From: Plasmodiophora brassicae
Lineage: Eukaryota
Assembly (NCBI GenBank): GCA_036867785.1
Contig: CP145418.1
Location: forward strand, 558,001-622,000
Length of the DNA: 64,000 bases
Reading direction: 5' to 3'
The notes below the pieces were generated by a model. The model did not search any database. It was not told the origin of the DNA and saw only the letters and a list, made by a program, of their open reading frames with translations. Shown here one piece after another: positions 26,732 to 38,456 of this stretch. Position 1 is the stretch's first letter. Each line of letters begins with the position of its first letter. The position numbers were made by a program, and so were the translations under genes.

Positions 26732-27808
26732 TTAGGAGCAGTGTACACGTTGGACGCTATGATACAGCTGCCATATCGCAACACAGAGAAGGATAATGAC
26801 GAGCAGGTCGCGACGATAGGCGATGGGGGCGATGACCTCCGGCGAACGCAGCGGATCGCTCGAGTCCGACCGCTTGCCCATGCGAATGTGTGCCGGCGCC
26901 TGGACACTTTCAGGGGAGCTTGCTCGCCACCTGCTCGACACGCTTCGAGAAATGCCTGCACTTCGAACCCGGCACGCCTCCAGGACGTCGATGACGTCCC
27001 GCATGGGTTCCGCGTTCGTCCGATCGGGAAGATGATTGCCAGTGACCCCGCCATCAGCCTCGAATACGCCTGCGGTGTCGTCCGTGCCTGAGTGCAATAC
27101 GTCATGGCTGACAACAGCAGTTTGCCAGACGTCGTCGCCTTCCGACGACGGTGGCGACGCTGATGTGTCGACGACCGAATCGTCGCTGCCGAAAGCGTCA
27201 TCATCAGAGCTGATCGACAGCGACGATGCCAGCAGCTGGTCGCCGACGATCAAGGAAACGTTCCTGGATACGGCGGTGCTCGCTGGTTTCATGTTGTCGT
27301 AGGAAGGAGTATCTTCGACATCAACCACACCTGGGCACTCATCGTCCTGCTCGTCGGCAGAAGGTAGAACAGGTCGCGAGGCCACCTCGCCAACCTCTAA
27401 TGACGCCGGTGGCTCGTCGACAACAGAGTCGCTGTCTGACGTCCCATTGTCTTCGTCGGTCTGTGCCTCTTCTTCGTCGTCGCCATGACGCTCATCGCTC
27501 GGCTGGCCGGTAACGACAACCTCAAGGTCGTCGCCGTGTGGACCCACGCCTAAATTGCTCGTGACGCCAGGCGATGCATTGGCAAGGCCGGCGACTTCGA
27601 CCACATCGTCCAGTTGCGGCGCCGCATCGTTTCGACGATTCTCCTCGTTGTCACGCTCAGCTGCCTCCAGGGGCGCTTCAGCAGATAGGCGCCGTATAAC
27701 GGATTGCACGACGCTGGCTAGTTGAGGGTTGGGCTCCAGGAGGCTGCGATTCGGTACAGCAACCGCTGCCTTCTCGGCTTTCTCCATGGTGAACAGGTTT
27801 AGATCCAT
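26732..27808 (-). CDS. Acidic disordered protein with a C-terminal TM segment (tail-anchored candidate)
   Basis: 358-aa ORF, D/E/S-rich, ending RRDLLVIILLCVAIWQLYHSVQRVHCS. Confidence 0.6.
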   Translation of the reverse strand: MDLNLFTMEKAEKAAVAVPNRSLLEPNPQLASVVQSVIRRLSAEAPLEAAERDNEENRRNDAAPQLDDVVEVAGLANASPGVTSNLGVGPHGDDLEVVVTGQPSDERHGDDEEEAQTDEDNGTSDSDSVVDEPPASLEVGEVASRPVLPSADEQDDECPGVVDVEDTPSYDNMKPASTAVSRNVSLIVGDQLLASSLSISSDDDAFGSDDSVVDTSASPPSSEGDDVWQTAVVSHDVLHSGTDDTAGVFEADGGVTGNHLPDRTNAEPMRDVIDVLEACRVRSAGISRSVSSRWRASSPESVQAPAHIRMGKRSDSSDPLRSPEVIAPIAYRRDLLVIILLCVAIWQLYHSVQRVHCS

Positions 27809-28049
27809 TACAGCGGCCGGTGGTCACGAGCGGAGGGCGCGCGCGCGCCCCGTCCGCTTCTCCCTGCGCGTCTCTCTTATCACTGAGCGTGTCTCCGAAG
27901 ATGTGATTCCGCTCGGCCACGGCGACGGTGCCTGACCGACCCCAGGTGGATTAAGCCCTAGATTGTTCAATCCATGTCAACGTGTATGATGTTCTGTCGA
28001 CATCGCTTTAAGTGTGCCCGATTGGCACGCAGCATCGCGTAAGGCGGGA

Positions 28050-28879
28050 TCATAATTTCGTGCCGACCCTCTGCAGAAGCTGCTGCAGGATCTCGTTGAC
28101 GTTCTCGCCAGTCTTGCAGGAGGCGATCCAATGCGGCAGATTCCACATCTCGGTCTGAGAGCGCGGCGTCAGCCGGCGACTTGTGTGAACGAATACGTCC
28201 ATCGTGCCTACCTGGTGCTCCGCGTCCTGGACGTTGACCTTTATCGCCTCGTCCATGTCCGACTTCAGGCCGACGACGACGCCGATGCTAGATGGGAAGC
28301 ATCGCTGCATTTCGTTTCGCCAGTACGCGACCTGCATGAGCATCGATCAGCTATGAATGGACCGGTGCCTGGAATTCCACACATGGCGTACCTCGCGGAA
28401 CGACGCCTCGCTGGTTCGGTCGTATACAATCACGGCAACCTCGTCGAATGTAAGATTCGTCGAATACACGGCTGGCGGCTCGCTGCCTTACCTGCGTGTC
28501 ATCGTACAGATGTTGGACAACAGGCCGGAATCGCTCGTGGCCGCCACACGACCATATATTCAGCGATATGAATTCTCTGCCGATCAGAAGCAGGAGTCAG
28601 CGGGGCAGGCCAGGCCCAGGAACGCACTGCCATCCCCCACTCCTGGTACTGCGTCTCCTTGATGAACATTTCCGCGCCCAGGGTGGCAACGTGCTTCGGG
28701 CTGAAGTCCTCGTTGAGCAGCCTGCCACGGACGACCCGTCGATGTCAGCGAGCACGATCCGACATGGCACGCGCGTCGCCGTACTTGGAGACAAAGCTCG
28801 ACTTCCCCGAGCCGAACGACCCGACAACAATGACCTGCACCTGCCTTGCGCCCGTCTTCGACACGCGCGTCTTCAACAT
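28050..28879 (-). CDS. Divergent Rab-like small GTPase, multi-exon
   Basis: VIVVGSFGSGKSS, ATLGAEMFIK, LNIWSCGGHERFR, VIVYDRTSEASF, VVVGLKSD, ASCKTGENV. No C-terminal Cys. Confidence 0.8.
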
Positions 28880-29037
28880 TGACACGCGCTGATCGGCGAC
28901 GAATAACGACAGGACGACTCGACGGTCGCCACCGTACGGTACGTTGATCGCGCCAACCTATCGCCCGACACAGTTGGCCACATGGGGGACGTGCTGTCTG
29001 TATTGCAGAAGCGCATAGGGATGTGCCGGACCGTGCC

Positions 29038-29577
29038 CTATACGGCCTTCTTGCCCTGCGTCAAGACCCGAACGATGGCGCCGATACCGTTACGCTCAAC
29101 GATCTTCGCATGCCACTTCAGCCACGACGCCGCACCCTCACCAATCGCAAACCCTCGATAGATGTACTTCAGGAGCATATCCTTTGAGAGCAAGGCCCGT
29201 TAACGATAGACACAGCGCCGCGTGAAGGACGTGCCCAGACCTGTTCCTCCAGGGACAATTCCGCGATCTGCTTGTCGATATCGTCGTCCTTGATGGCATT
29301 CATACAATCTAAAACCGCGTCACGTGCCAGGTCCTTCGCGACCTGGCAGAAATTAACAGGCGGGTCCGACAGCGCATGGACGAGCGCCTTGCTGGCGTTC
29401 GCCCTGGTGTGCGCGCGTCCTGGTCAGCAAGCAGGCAACCCCAGCGACAGGCGCGCGACGCCCCTACTTCAGCAGCTCCTTCGTATCGGCGACCTTGGCC
29501 TCGACGTGGTCCAGCCCCTCCGTCCCGCCGGTGCTGACGAACACGACGCCCTGGTCGTCGTTGTCATCGTCGGCCAT
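29038..29577 (-). CDS. ARPC5: Arp2/3 complex subunit 5, three exons
   Basis: ALSDPP...LSLEEQ|DMLLKYIYRGF...WLKWHAKIVERNGIGAIVRVLT. Confidence 0.93.
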
Positions 29578-29857
29578 GGCGGCGGCGCACTTTAAAGAAT
29601 GGACTGTCGCTCGCTGCCCACACTGCCACTGGCGCCGAGTTGGGGGGCCTGGGGGCCGGGCCCCGTTTTTGGCGCACCTGGCCCTCGACTCGTCCACACA
29701 ATCGGTACTGCATCGCTCCGAGTGTACGTTTCGTAGTGTGGTGGGTGCATCTGCAACGTGACATTATCGCCTATTCTGTTTCGCCGAACGCAATGACCTG
29801 GTAGGGACACACACCACAACCGTCGTCATGATTGAATATCGGTGCCAGTATCGGGCG

Positions 29858-32800
29858 CTAGTGTGTGCGTTTATGACGACGACGGGCAATGGGTCTTAAG
29901 TATCTAGATCGACCGGCGATACTCTGCTCGTCGAGGTAGTCGTCGTCGTCGTCGTCGTCGCTGCCATCGGCGTTGCTGTCGACGGCGATCGCGTCAAGGT
30001 AGGAGCGGATTCGCCTCAGTGGGTCGTCATCCACTGCCCCGACAGCCTGGTCGACAAACGAGTAAGATGGTGCATGAGTCCTTTGCCCGCCCCCCGAACC
30101 TTCAATGTGCGAAGACGTCGATCGTTCTTGACGAGAAATCGTTCCACTGGTTGCCTGACATCCATGCCGGTCCCTTGAGCGGGAGACGCGCAGGTACGCG
30201 CCTGGACGTCGACGTTCTCATCAGATTCCCCTAGACCGCTGCTCGCCACCGAGGAGTAGGCCTCTTCGTCGTCGTCGTCGTATTCAGGATCCGTTGTCGG
30301 CAGGTCGCAGTCGGGTGCAGACGACGATCGCTGCGACTCTGCAGACAGCGGCCTAGCCAGCGGCGGGGGCGACGCCCTGGTAGGGTAAACGAACTGGCTC
30401 GTCGACGCCAGCGACTGGTCGACGCGAACCGCTCCACCACTGTGCAGCCAGGAAGGCATCCTAATAGGACCGCCAGTCTTGACGGGAACCTGCTCGGGTT
30501 GTGGAGGCAGTGCCCGGGTAATCGCATCAAGGTGATGGTCGATCCGATCCGGAACGATGTCGGGCTTCGGATCCTCCCCAGGAGCAACCGACGGCGCTGG
30601 TTTCGACATGCTGACCAGCTCCTTCACCTTCTCGTGCTCCTGCTGGATCAGGCTCAGCCCCTGCTTCAGGTGCTCGTCGATGGCGTCCTGTCGTGACAGC
30701 AGCGTGTCCGCCATCGATCGCATTTCCTCGAGCAACTTCCTCTCCTCATCGCCTCGTCCCCCATCTGCCTCCTGCCGCACGCTCCGCCCACCCTCAACAC
30801 TCTGACGATTAATGGATCCCCTTCGCGTCGCTGGCGAGCCATCCACGACGTCCACGCTTCGACGGCTTTCACCCAACGTGGGACGCCTCTCTGGCTCCGG
30901 CTCCACTGAAGGCTTTCGTTCTAGCGAACGTTGGCCCTCCAGCATCGAAGAGCGACGACGTTCCGAAGACGATTGCCGCCTTTCAGCCAGGTCTTCTTCC
31001 TGCTTCCTGGCGTCTTCCTGCTGTTGCTTGAGCAGCTGTCTCTGGCGTTCACGCTCCTCGTTCTCCTTGTGCCTGGCGGCGAGGGCGGCCGCCCTGGCGT
31101 CGTCCTCGGCCTGTTTCTGCAGGCGCAGCTCCTCGGTCTCTCTGTTGAGTCGAATGACCCAGTTGGCTTCCTCCTCGAGCTCGATCTCCTTCTGCCTCTG
31201 CCGTTGCCTGGCCTTCTCCTCCATCTGCTGCAGCAGCTGCGACCGGTACTCGCTCTCCTTCGCCCGTCTCTCATTCACCGACGCCTTCTTCTCCGTCATC
31301 GCTTCCGGCGGGGCCGGCGACACCGAACGCGCGTCGCTCACCGGTTGCTGCTGCTGATGCCTCGTCATCACTTGCTGCGCCAGATCAGCAGCATACTGCC
31401 TTCGCCTGGCGACCTGGCCAGACGACGATCGTTCCCCTCGGCCATGCAACGGGTCCGGTCTCGTCATCCGCCCATCGTCGTCGTCGTCGTCATCGCGATG
31501 CCGCCCACGACGGCCCTTCCGGTTCTGCTGGTCCTTGATCTGCTCTTGCAGGGCACGAGCGTACTCTCGTTTACGTGCCAGATCGTCGCTGGCCGTGCGC
31601 TCGCCTTGCCCGAGGACGGCAATGGTCCCTGGGGCGCCATCGGCACCGGCCGCCGGGGACACTGATCGTTTCCGCGCGCCACCTCCACCGCCATCCCCCT
31701 GCCGTTCGATCTGACGTTGAAGGTCGAGCGTGTACCGGCGTTTGCGCTTGGCGTCGCCTGAGGCGGTCCGTTCGCCGATACCCGCTAGCGGCGACCGGTT
31801 CTCTGCATCGAGATCAGGCTGGGGCCGTCCTGCACCCGCACCATGCCGCCGTTGGATCTGCTCCTCCAGCGCCCGCGCGTACTCCCGTTTCCGCTCGGTG
31901 TCGGTGATCGCGTTACGTTGCGACCCGCCTAGCAGAGGCGACTCGGCGATCGGTGCCGCCGCCGCAGCCGCCGCCGCCCGCCTCGGGGAACGCGATTGGC
32001 CGCGCTGTCCAATCTGCTCGTCGAGTGCCCGGGCGTACGCTCGTTGTCGCTCAGGGTCCTTGGTGGGGCGGGTCTCTGACCCGCCGAGCAGGGGCGAGGT
32101 TGGCGCCGCCGCTCGCCTGGGGGAACCCGACCGATCGCGTTGCCGCATCTGCTCCTCGAGTGCTCGGGCGTACTCCCGCTGGCGTTCGGCGTCGAACGTC
32201 GGGTTAGGCTGCGACCCGATCGGAACAGACGACTCGGCGAGTGGCGCGGGCGCCGTCCTCCTCGGGGAACGCGACTGACCGCGCCGTTGCATCTGCTCGT
32301 CGAGAACGCGAGCGTACTCGTGCTTGCGCTCGGCACGTCGTGCTGGTGACATAGACGGCTGCTGTCGAAACGCCACCTGGTCATGTGGCACTCGATCGCC
32401 GGGTGGTTCAGGTGACGGCGTTAACGACGTCGCCGGTGCCGGCTGTCGGATCCGGGGCGAACGCATCGCGTCCTGATGATCGGTGCTGAAATCTGGCGAT
32501 ATCGTAGGCAGCGGCTCCGTTGCCGGGTGAAGATCGCTGGCGGCCGACCAGTACTCGTCGGCATCGGCAGGGTCCGGTACCACGTCCCGATGTCGATCGC
32601 GTTCCATACGTTCCCGCTCCAGTTTCTGGATGTAGGCGGCGCGCTGCAATGCCTTGTCGCGTTGCACGCGAGACAGAAAGTCCTCCTGACGCTGCCGGAT
32701 TCGCTGATCTCGTGCGCTCTCGTAGCGCGGCACCGGCGGAAGAGCAACACTTGGGCCGGTTCCGAATACGGATGATGGCCCTGGGGCGGCGCCAGGGGTC

Positions 32801-33276
32801 GGTGTAGACGGGGCCGGCCTCATGGCAGCACGAATCGGCATTGGCGGCGGCGATACGTCCGGGCGCTTGTGCAGGAGCGACTGGTTCCTCTCCAGCAGTT
32901 GATCCAGGTCTTCCTGGCCGACCGCCTCCGACACGTCGTGAAGGACATCGGGCGCCGCCGACGACATCCCATAGTTCTTGTAATGTTCGATCAGCTGCCT
33001 GCGTTCTTCTTCGGCCTCGCGTTCCTGTGCGCAAGGCGGCGTCAACTTTGCTGGACGGGGAACGCCCATCGACACCCGACGTACTCTTCGCTGTCGATGA
33101 GCGGCGATCTCCTGTTCGTGCTCGGCGCGGGCCCGCTCCTGCTGTTGCCTCAACCTGCAACGGGCGCGTGTGAACTGGCTGCTTCTGGCATGCCATCGTC
33201 CGTCATCGGCGAACCTTTGCCCGCGCCAGTTTGTCGGCGCCGATTCGCCAACCTTGCTGGCCACCTGGCGGCTCAT
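29858..33276 (-). CDS. CSPP1/CCDC66-like centrosomal or ciliary coiled-coil protein, multi-exon
   Basis: Repeated (R/K)EYARALEEQ helices and YRSQLLQQMEEKARQRQRQK. C-terminal SLASTSQFV and KNDRRLRTLK motifs resemble CSPP1. Confidence 0.6.
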
Positions 33277-33388
33277 GGCGACCTGCACCACGACGCTTCG
33301 ATGGCCTCGGCACCCAGTCACTGACCGGGCTCGTTGCCACCAACTACGTAGTACATAAAGCGAGATGTTTATACATGGCCAGCGCTAC

Positions 33389-34756
33389 CTAACTAACATG
33401 GACGTGATCCATCTGGGCGGCCACCGCGTCAATCGCCGAATCGTCTTCCGCTTCGGGTTCGTCGGCGTCTCCGTCGCTTTCGGCTTCCTCCTCCTCGTCA
33501 TAGTCCTCGTCGTTCATGTCCATGTCGCCCAGGACGCAGCCAGCAGGTAGCGAATCCGTCAGGGCCGTCAGGCCATCCGCACTGATCAGGTTGCCGTTCA
33601 GCTCGAGCCGCTCCAGCGATTCGGGAAGCTTGCCGGCCATGCGGCACGCCCCCGACTGTGCGATCTCGTTGACGGACAGGTCCAGCAATTGCAGACGGGT
33701 GCACTCGCGAATCGCATCGGCGAGGCGAGCGGCACCTTCACTGCCGAGCTCGTTCTCGGCCAGTTTCAGCTCGACGAGCGTCTCCGAAAGCGACACGATC
33801 AGTTTGGCGAGCGGCACCGATCCCTCGGCCGTGATCTCATTGCACGACAGGTCCAGGTGAGAGATTGGCGCTCGCGATTCCAGCAGCGCGCTGCAGATGG
33901 CTTCAACGCCTTCGTCGCCGGCTGCCGTCGCCCCCAGGTTCAGATGCGTCAGCGACGATTGGGAACGCAGCGCCTTGGCGACATGAGCAATGCCTTCAGG
34001 TAGCAGGCTGTTGTCGGCCAGATCCAAACGATGCAGTTGGGCGCCAGACTGCACGATCGCATCGGCGATGTGCTGTGCACCTTCGGCGCCGACCCGAGTC
34101 GACGAGAAGCGCAGGTCGGTCAGGTCGGGGGATAACCTCAGCAGATGTGACAGCTCGCGAGCGCCAGCGGATTCGAGCAGGTTGTTGAACGTGTGGAATC
34201 GTCGGAGGACGGTAGTCGCTGCGCCGACGCCATCGGCGTCACCGCCCGTCATCAGGACAGAGATTTGCAGGGCGGCCCGCTGCTCCAGGCCATTGTTGTT
34301 GATCTGCAGATGCTGGAGTGTCCGTCGCGACGCGAGGATTAGCGGAGCGATGGCGTCGATGCCCTTCAAGCCCAGCGCGTTGTCCGACAGGTCAAGTGTA
34401 TGGATCGTGGGCCCATGTGGGACGAGCGCCTCCGCCAGACACGCCAGCACCAGTTTGGCTTCCTGTTCGGGTCGGGACGCGATAACGTCGGACAGGTCGG
34501 CATGCTCTATGCGCCCAGACGGGACACGCCCCAGCCCATGCGTACAAATGTGCTGAGCGCCGTCAAGCGTCAACGACTTGCCCGACAGGCGCACGTGGAC
34601 GACCTCGTCCCAGTCGACGGTCGCCCGCGACAGGAGCTCCGCCGCACGCGCCTCATTGACAACCTCCCGCAGCGAATGCTGCGCCCCGATGTCGAACAGC
34701 CCCGGCGCCGACGCCGTCGCTTTCTTCGGTGGCACACGATCAACCGCCTGCGTCAT
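33389..34756 (-). CDS. RANGAP1: Ran GTPase-activating protein (LRR plus acidic tail)
   Basis: VRLSGKSL, ADLSDVIASRPEQEA (RanGAP GR motif region), LDLSDNALGLKG, RI-type LRRs, and an acidic tail DMDMNDEDYDEEEE. Confidence 0.88.
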   Translation of the reverse strand: MTQAVDRVPPKKATASAPGLFDIGAQHSLREVVNEARAAELLSRATVDWDEVVHVRLSGKSLTLDGAQHICTHGLGRVPSGRIEHADLSDVIASRPEQEAKLVLACLAEALVPHGPTIHTLDLSDNALGLKGIDAIAPLILASRRTLQHLQINNNGLEQRAALQISVLMTGGDADGVGAATTVLRRFHTFNNLLESAGARELSHLLRLSPDLTDLRFSSTRVGAEGAQHIADAIVQSGAQLHRLDLADNSLLPEGIAHVAKALRSQSSLTHLNLGATAAGDEGVEAICSALLESRAPISHLDLSCNEITAEGSVPLAKLIVSLSETLVELKLAENELGSEGAARLADAIRECTRLQLLDLSVNEIAQSGACRMAGKLPESLERLELNGNLISADGLTALTDSLPAGCVLGDMDMNDEDYDEEEEAESDGDADEPEAEDDSAIDAVAAQMDHVHVS

Positions 34757-35082
34757 CCTGCCCAATGGGACCGGCGGCACACGTGTGCGTGTGTGTGTGT
34801 ATGTGGGGCGACTTGCTGACGGCTCCCGTACTCCTGCGGACTCCGCCACGGACTGCCGGTTTCGCGACAAGCGGGTAGAAACACAAATAGAGGACCGATC
34901 ATCAGGGACAGCGAAATATCGATCCTGAACGTGACATGGCCCGTCGTGTTCGATGTTCAGGTTGCACTGTGTGGGGACGGGTGCAGCCCTAGCAGGGGAT
35001 CGTCACAACGGAGCTGTGCCGACGACTGCCGTTACAGTGGCGGTCGGGCGCGGCGGCCAGGGTCGTCGCCCATCGACCAGGG

Positions 35083-38005
35083 ATGGATGCCGACCAGGCC
35101 ACGATCGACTGGCTGAAACGCAGCATCCACTCGGTGCTGGATTCGCTGAACTGGAAGTACCTGGCCGAGGAGGATGTCGGCGCCCGCGAGGTCGTCTGCA
35201 TATTCGGCGCCGGCGACATGGGCAACTGGGTGCTGATCTCGCGGATCCTGCCCCAGAAGGGCGTCGTCCTGATCATGGCGACCTGCCAGGAGAACGTGCC
35301 CGATGGCCGGCAGCGCCAGGCCGCCGTGGAGTTCGTGACGCGTGCCAATTTCGGCATCCTCAATGGGTTCTTCGACATGGACCTCACCGATGGCGACCTG
35401 CGCTTCTCGTCCCGAGTCGAGTACGGCCTCATGGATCGGAACACCCGCCAGTTCGAGGCCAATTTCCGCCAAACGTTCCAGATCGTGCATGGCACGTTCA
35501 GCAAGTACCTGCCGGGCGTTGTCGGCGTCACGAAACGCGGGATGACCGGGAAGGCGGCGGTGGAATTGGTGGAGGGAGGCGCGAACACGCTGCCAGATCC
35601 GCAGCAGTCGCCGTTGCTGACGTGCGTCGCCCGGTACCTGGCAGCCAGCGGCACGAATTACGTGTCGCATCCCGAGAAATCCATCATCCGGATGCCATGT
35701 ACGGTGGCGGGCGTCACCTTCCACCTGCGTATCAAGGCCATGGAGGACACCCACCATCTGTACGTGTTCTGCAATTATCCGCGTCACGCGGGCAAGGTGC
35801 CGCTGGCCGCGATCCCTCTCGTCTCCGAGTACATCTGCAGAGCGAACTGGGCCCTGCCGTTCGGCTACTTCGACATGGATGTTGCCGACGGCGAGCTCCG
35901 CTTCGTGACGTGGCTGCCAACGGCAGACATTCCGCTGCAGGTCGTTCAGACACAGTTCGTCCGGTCGCTCATCGTGTCGTCCATCAGTACGTTACATGGT
36001 CCCCCGTCCGGGTTCGCGTCAGCTCATTGTCGTGCAGCCACTTTCACCAAGTACCTGCCCGGGCTCGAAGACCTCGTCAACGGCACGTGCCTGTTGCCGG
36101 AAGTCGCGATAGAACGGGTCGAAGCGGACCGGCAGAGTGATGCCGGGCCATTGCACGGGTCGGCTCTGGCCAACATTATCGACGCCAGCCAGACGAGCAG
36201 CGACGAAGAAGATGATCGACGAGGAGCGTCTGCACGTGCGGGAGTGAAGCGATCCGCCCGCCTAGCGAAGGACGAACCGCTCGTGGACGACGATACGGGC
36301 AACGATCCATACAGGACAGGCGCGCCTCCGAAGTGTAAGTGCTGCAGCGCCCGCGACCTTCGTGCAAACTCACATCGCACGCCCGTTTCAGTGTTCCCCG
36401 TTCACCTTCGATTCAGTCCCGATGGGTCTGGCATGGGCGCCCTTGAGTTTATCGGCAGCAGAGGCGGTTCCACGGTATGGCAGAATCCAGGTCGGGCGAC
36501 GCGGCAGACGTGCACACATTCGGAGCTAACGTGATGTCATAGGTGAGTCTGGCGCGGTCACTGTCAACGCATCTGGACTTCTGGACAGCTCCGACCCTCC
36601 CAACACGGTCCTGGGTCGTGGCATCACTGGTGCGCGATTGATCACGACCGCGGACGACGCGCCTTGGTTGGCGATTGACCTTCGGCGATGTCGCCTGTTG
36701 CCCGAGCACTATACGCTGATGCACTTCTCAACGGTGGATGGAGAGGCGCTGCGATCCTGGCAACTGCAGGGCTCAGCGGATGGCGGGTCGACCTGGGTTA
36801 CGCTGTCGGACCACGTCGCCGACACGAGTCTCTCCGTTCGTTCGGCAAAGAAGACGTGGTCGATCCCGCATGCTGTGTCCACGCCGACGGATCGCTTCAG
36901 TTTGTTTCGCGTCGTGATGACGGGCCCCAACTCTTCGCACCGGTACCATCTCGCGCTTGGGCAGATCGAACTGTATGGCCGGCTGTTCGTTGATTTCCCT
37001 GTCGAACCGCACTTGATCGATCCCGAACCCGATCCCGTGTCGTCATCGGGCAAGGCCAGCGTTGCCACCGCTGCGGAGGGAGCTGGGGCATCGTCACCCG
37101 CGGAGACTGGTGACGACCAATGGGCGGTCCCATTCGAAGACATTGAGTGCTCGTGGGATTTCGACGCGCGTATTGGGTCGGGCTCCCATGGCGACACGTT
37201 CCGAGGGACGCTCTTGGGCGTTCCCGTTGCGCTGAAGCGCATCTTTTACGGCGCGCTGACGAAGGAGCAGGCAAGACAGACCAGGGAGCGCGTCATCGCC
37301 TTTGTCAATCGGCACCGGTACACTATGTTGGCACTGTAACGATGATGGCAGTGGGCTGAGCGGTTGGTTGTATACAGGACGATATCCCATGATAACGTTG
37401 TACGCTGCTGCGGGCTGGCGGACTGGACCGATGCCCAGGCATGGGTGCTGATCTTCGAGTTCGTTCCAGGCGGGACACTATCGTCACTATCAGCCGGGTC
37501 CCTGCCGTCCAAAGTCTTTCTGGCCATGTCCATAGCACGAGGGTTGTCAGCCCTCCACGACGACAATATCGTCCATGGCGCTCTGCACCCAGGAAACGTC
37601 CTCCTGACCGCCGACCACTCCGACGCCAAGCTGGCGGATATGCAGTTGTCTGAATGCGTTGGGCTTTGCCTGTCTGGTCATCCGGTCGTCGTACACCTCG
37701 GGTACGCCGCCCCAGAGTCGTTGTTGCTCTCGACGGACGAAGCACCAGCGGACGCGAAATCCGACCTGTACAGCCTCGGCATGCTCCTCTACGAGGTTTT
37801 CGTCGGGCGCCCCCCGTACGACAAGCTGAACGTCTCCATTGCCGCCCTGTGCGCGCGAATCGCCCAAGGCCAACGACCCAGCATCCCATCCGACACCAAC
37901 GGCGACATTCGCGACCTCATCGAACGCCTGTGGTCCGCCGACCCATCCAGCAGGCCGTCCGCCGGCGAAGTCGTCGCCACGTTGCAGAAGATCGCCGTTC
38001 GATAA
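35083..38005 (+). CDS. Multidomain protein: two YbjN-like domains, a discoidin/F5-8 type C domain and a TKL-like pseudokinase; five exons
   Basis: Two copies of EF/YxxRANxxxxxGxFDMDxxDGxLRF, discoidin WLAIDL...YTL...LRSWQLQGS...IELYG, kinase GSGSHG/VALK/HGALHPGN/YAAPE. GT-AG introns 35987-36037, 36335-36391, 36491-36542 and 37318-37377 join the frames. Confidence 0.8.
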
Positions 38006-38456
38006 CGTAGACCTCGTGAGGAATCGACCGCATCATTAAAACCGGAAACGATTAGAACAGTGTCCCGGCGCCGACCAGGTGGTGGTCCACCCCACGCTGA
38101 GGAGCGGCGGCCGACGGCACGCAGCAGGAACATACCGCGTCCGACGGGGTCCGGTGGCGAAACGGGGGATCCAAATCCGGCCCTCGGACCAACCGACGCA
38201 CCAGTGTCTGGAAATAGGCGGCACCGTGGCGCACATTCCGGATCGGATGTTGCTGCGTCGGGTTTGGGCCCCGATATTGAGCGGGTGGTCTCTCGGCTCT
38301 CTCTCTCTGCAGGGGCGATAGCCATCGCCACCGGGCCGGGACATTCCTCAAACGCGTGGCGCAACTCGGCCGGGCCGTCACTGACGCACTTCGATAGCCA
38401 CGCGGGGGTCCCGATTGTCGAACCCCCCTGGTCGCCCCCCTCAGTCCAGTCCAACT

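Noticed and set aside
35083-36130. Bacterial contamination as the source of the YbjN-like domains
   Set aside because: The second domain contains a spliceosomal-type intron, the frame continues into eukaryotic domains, and the flanking genes are eukaryotic.
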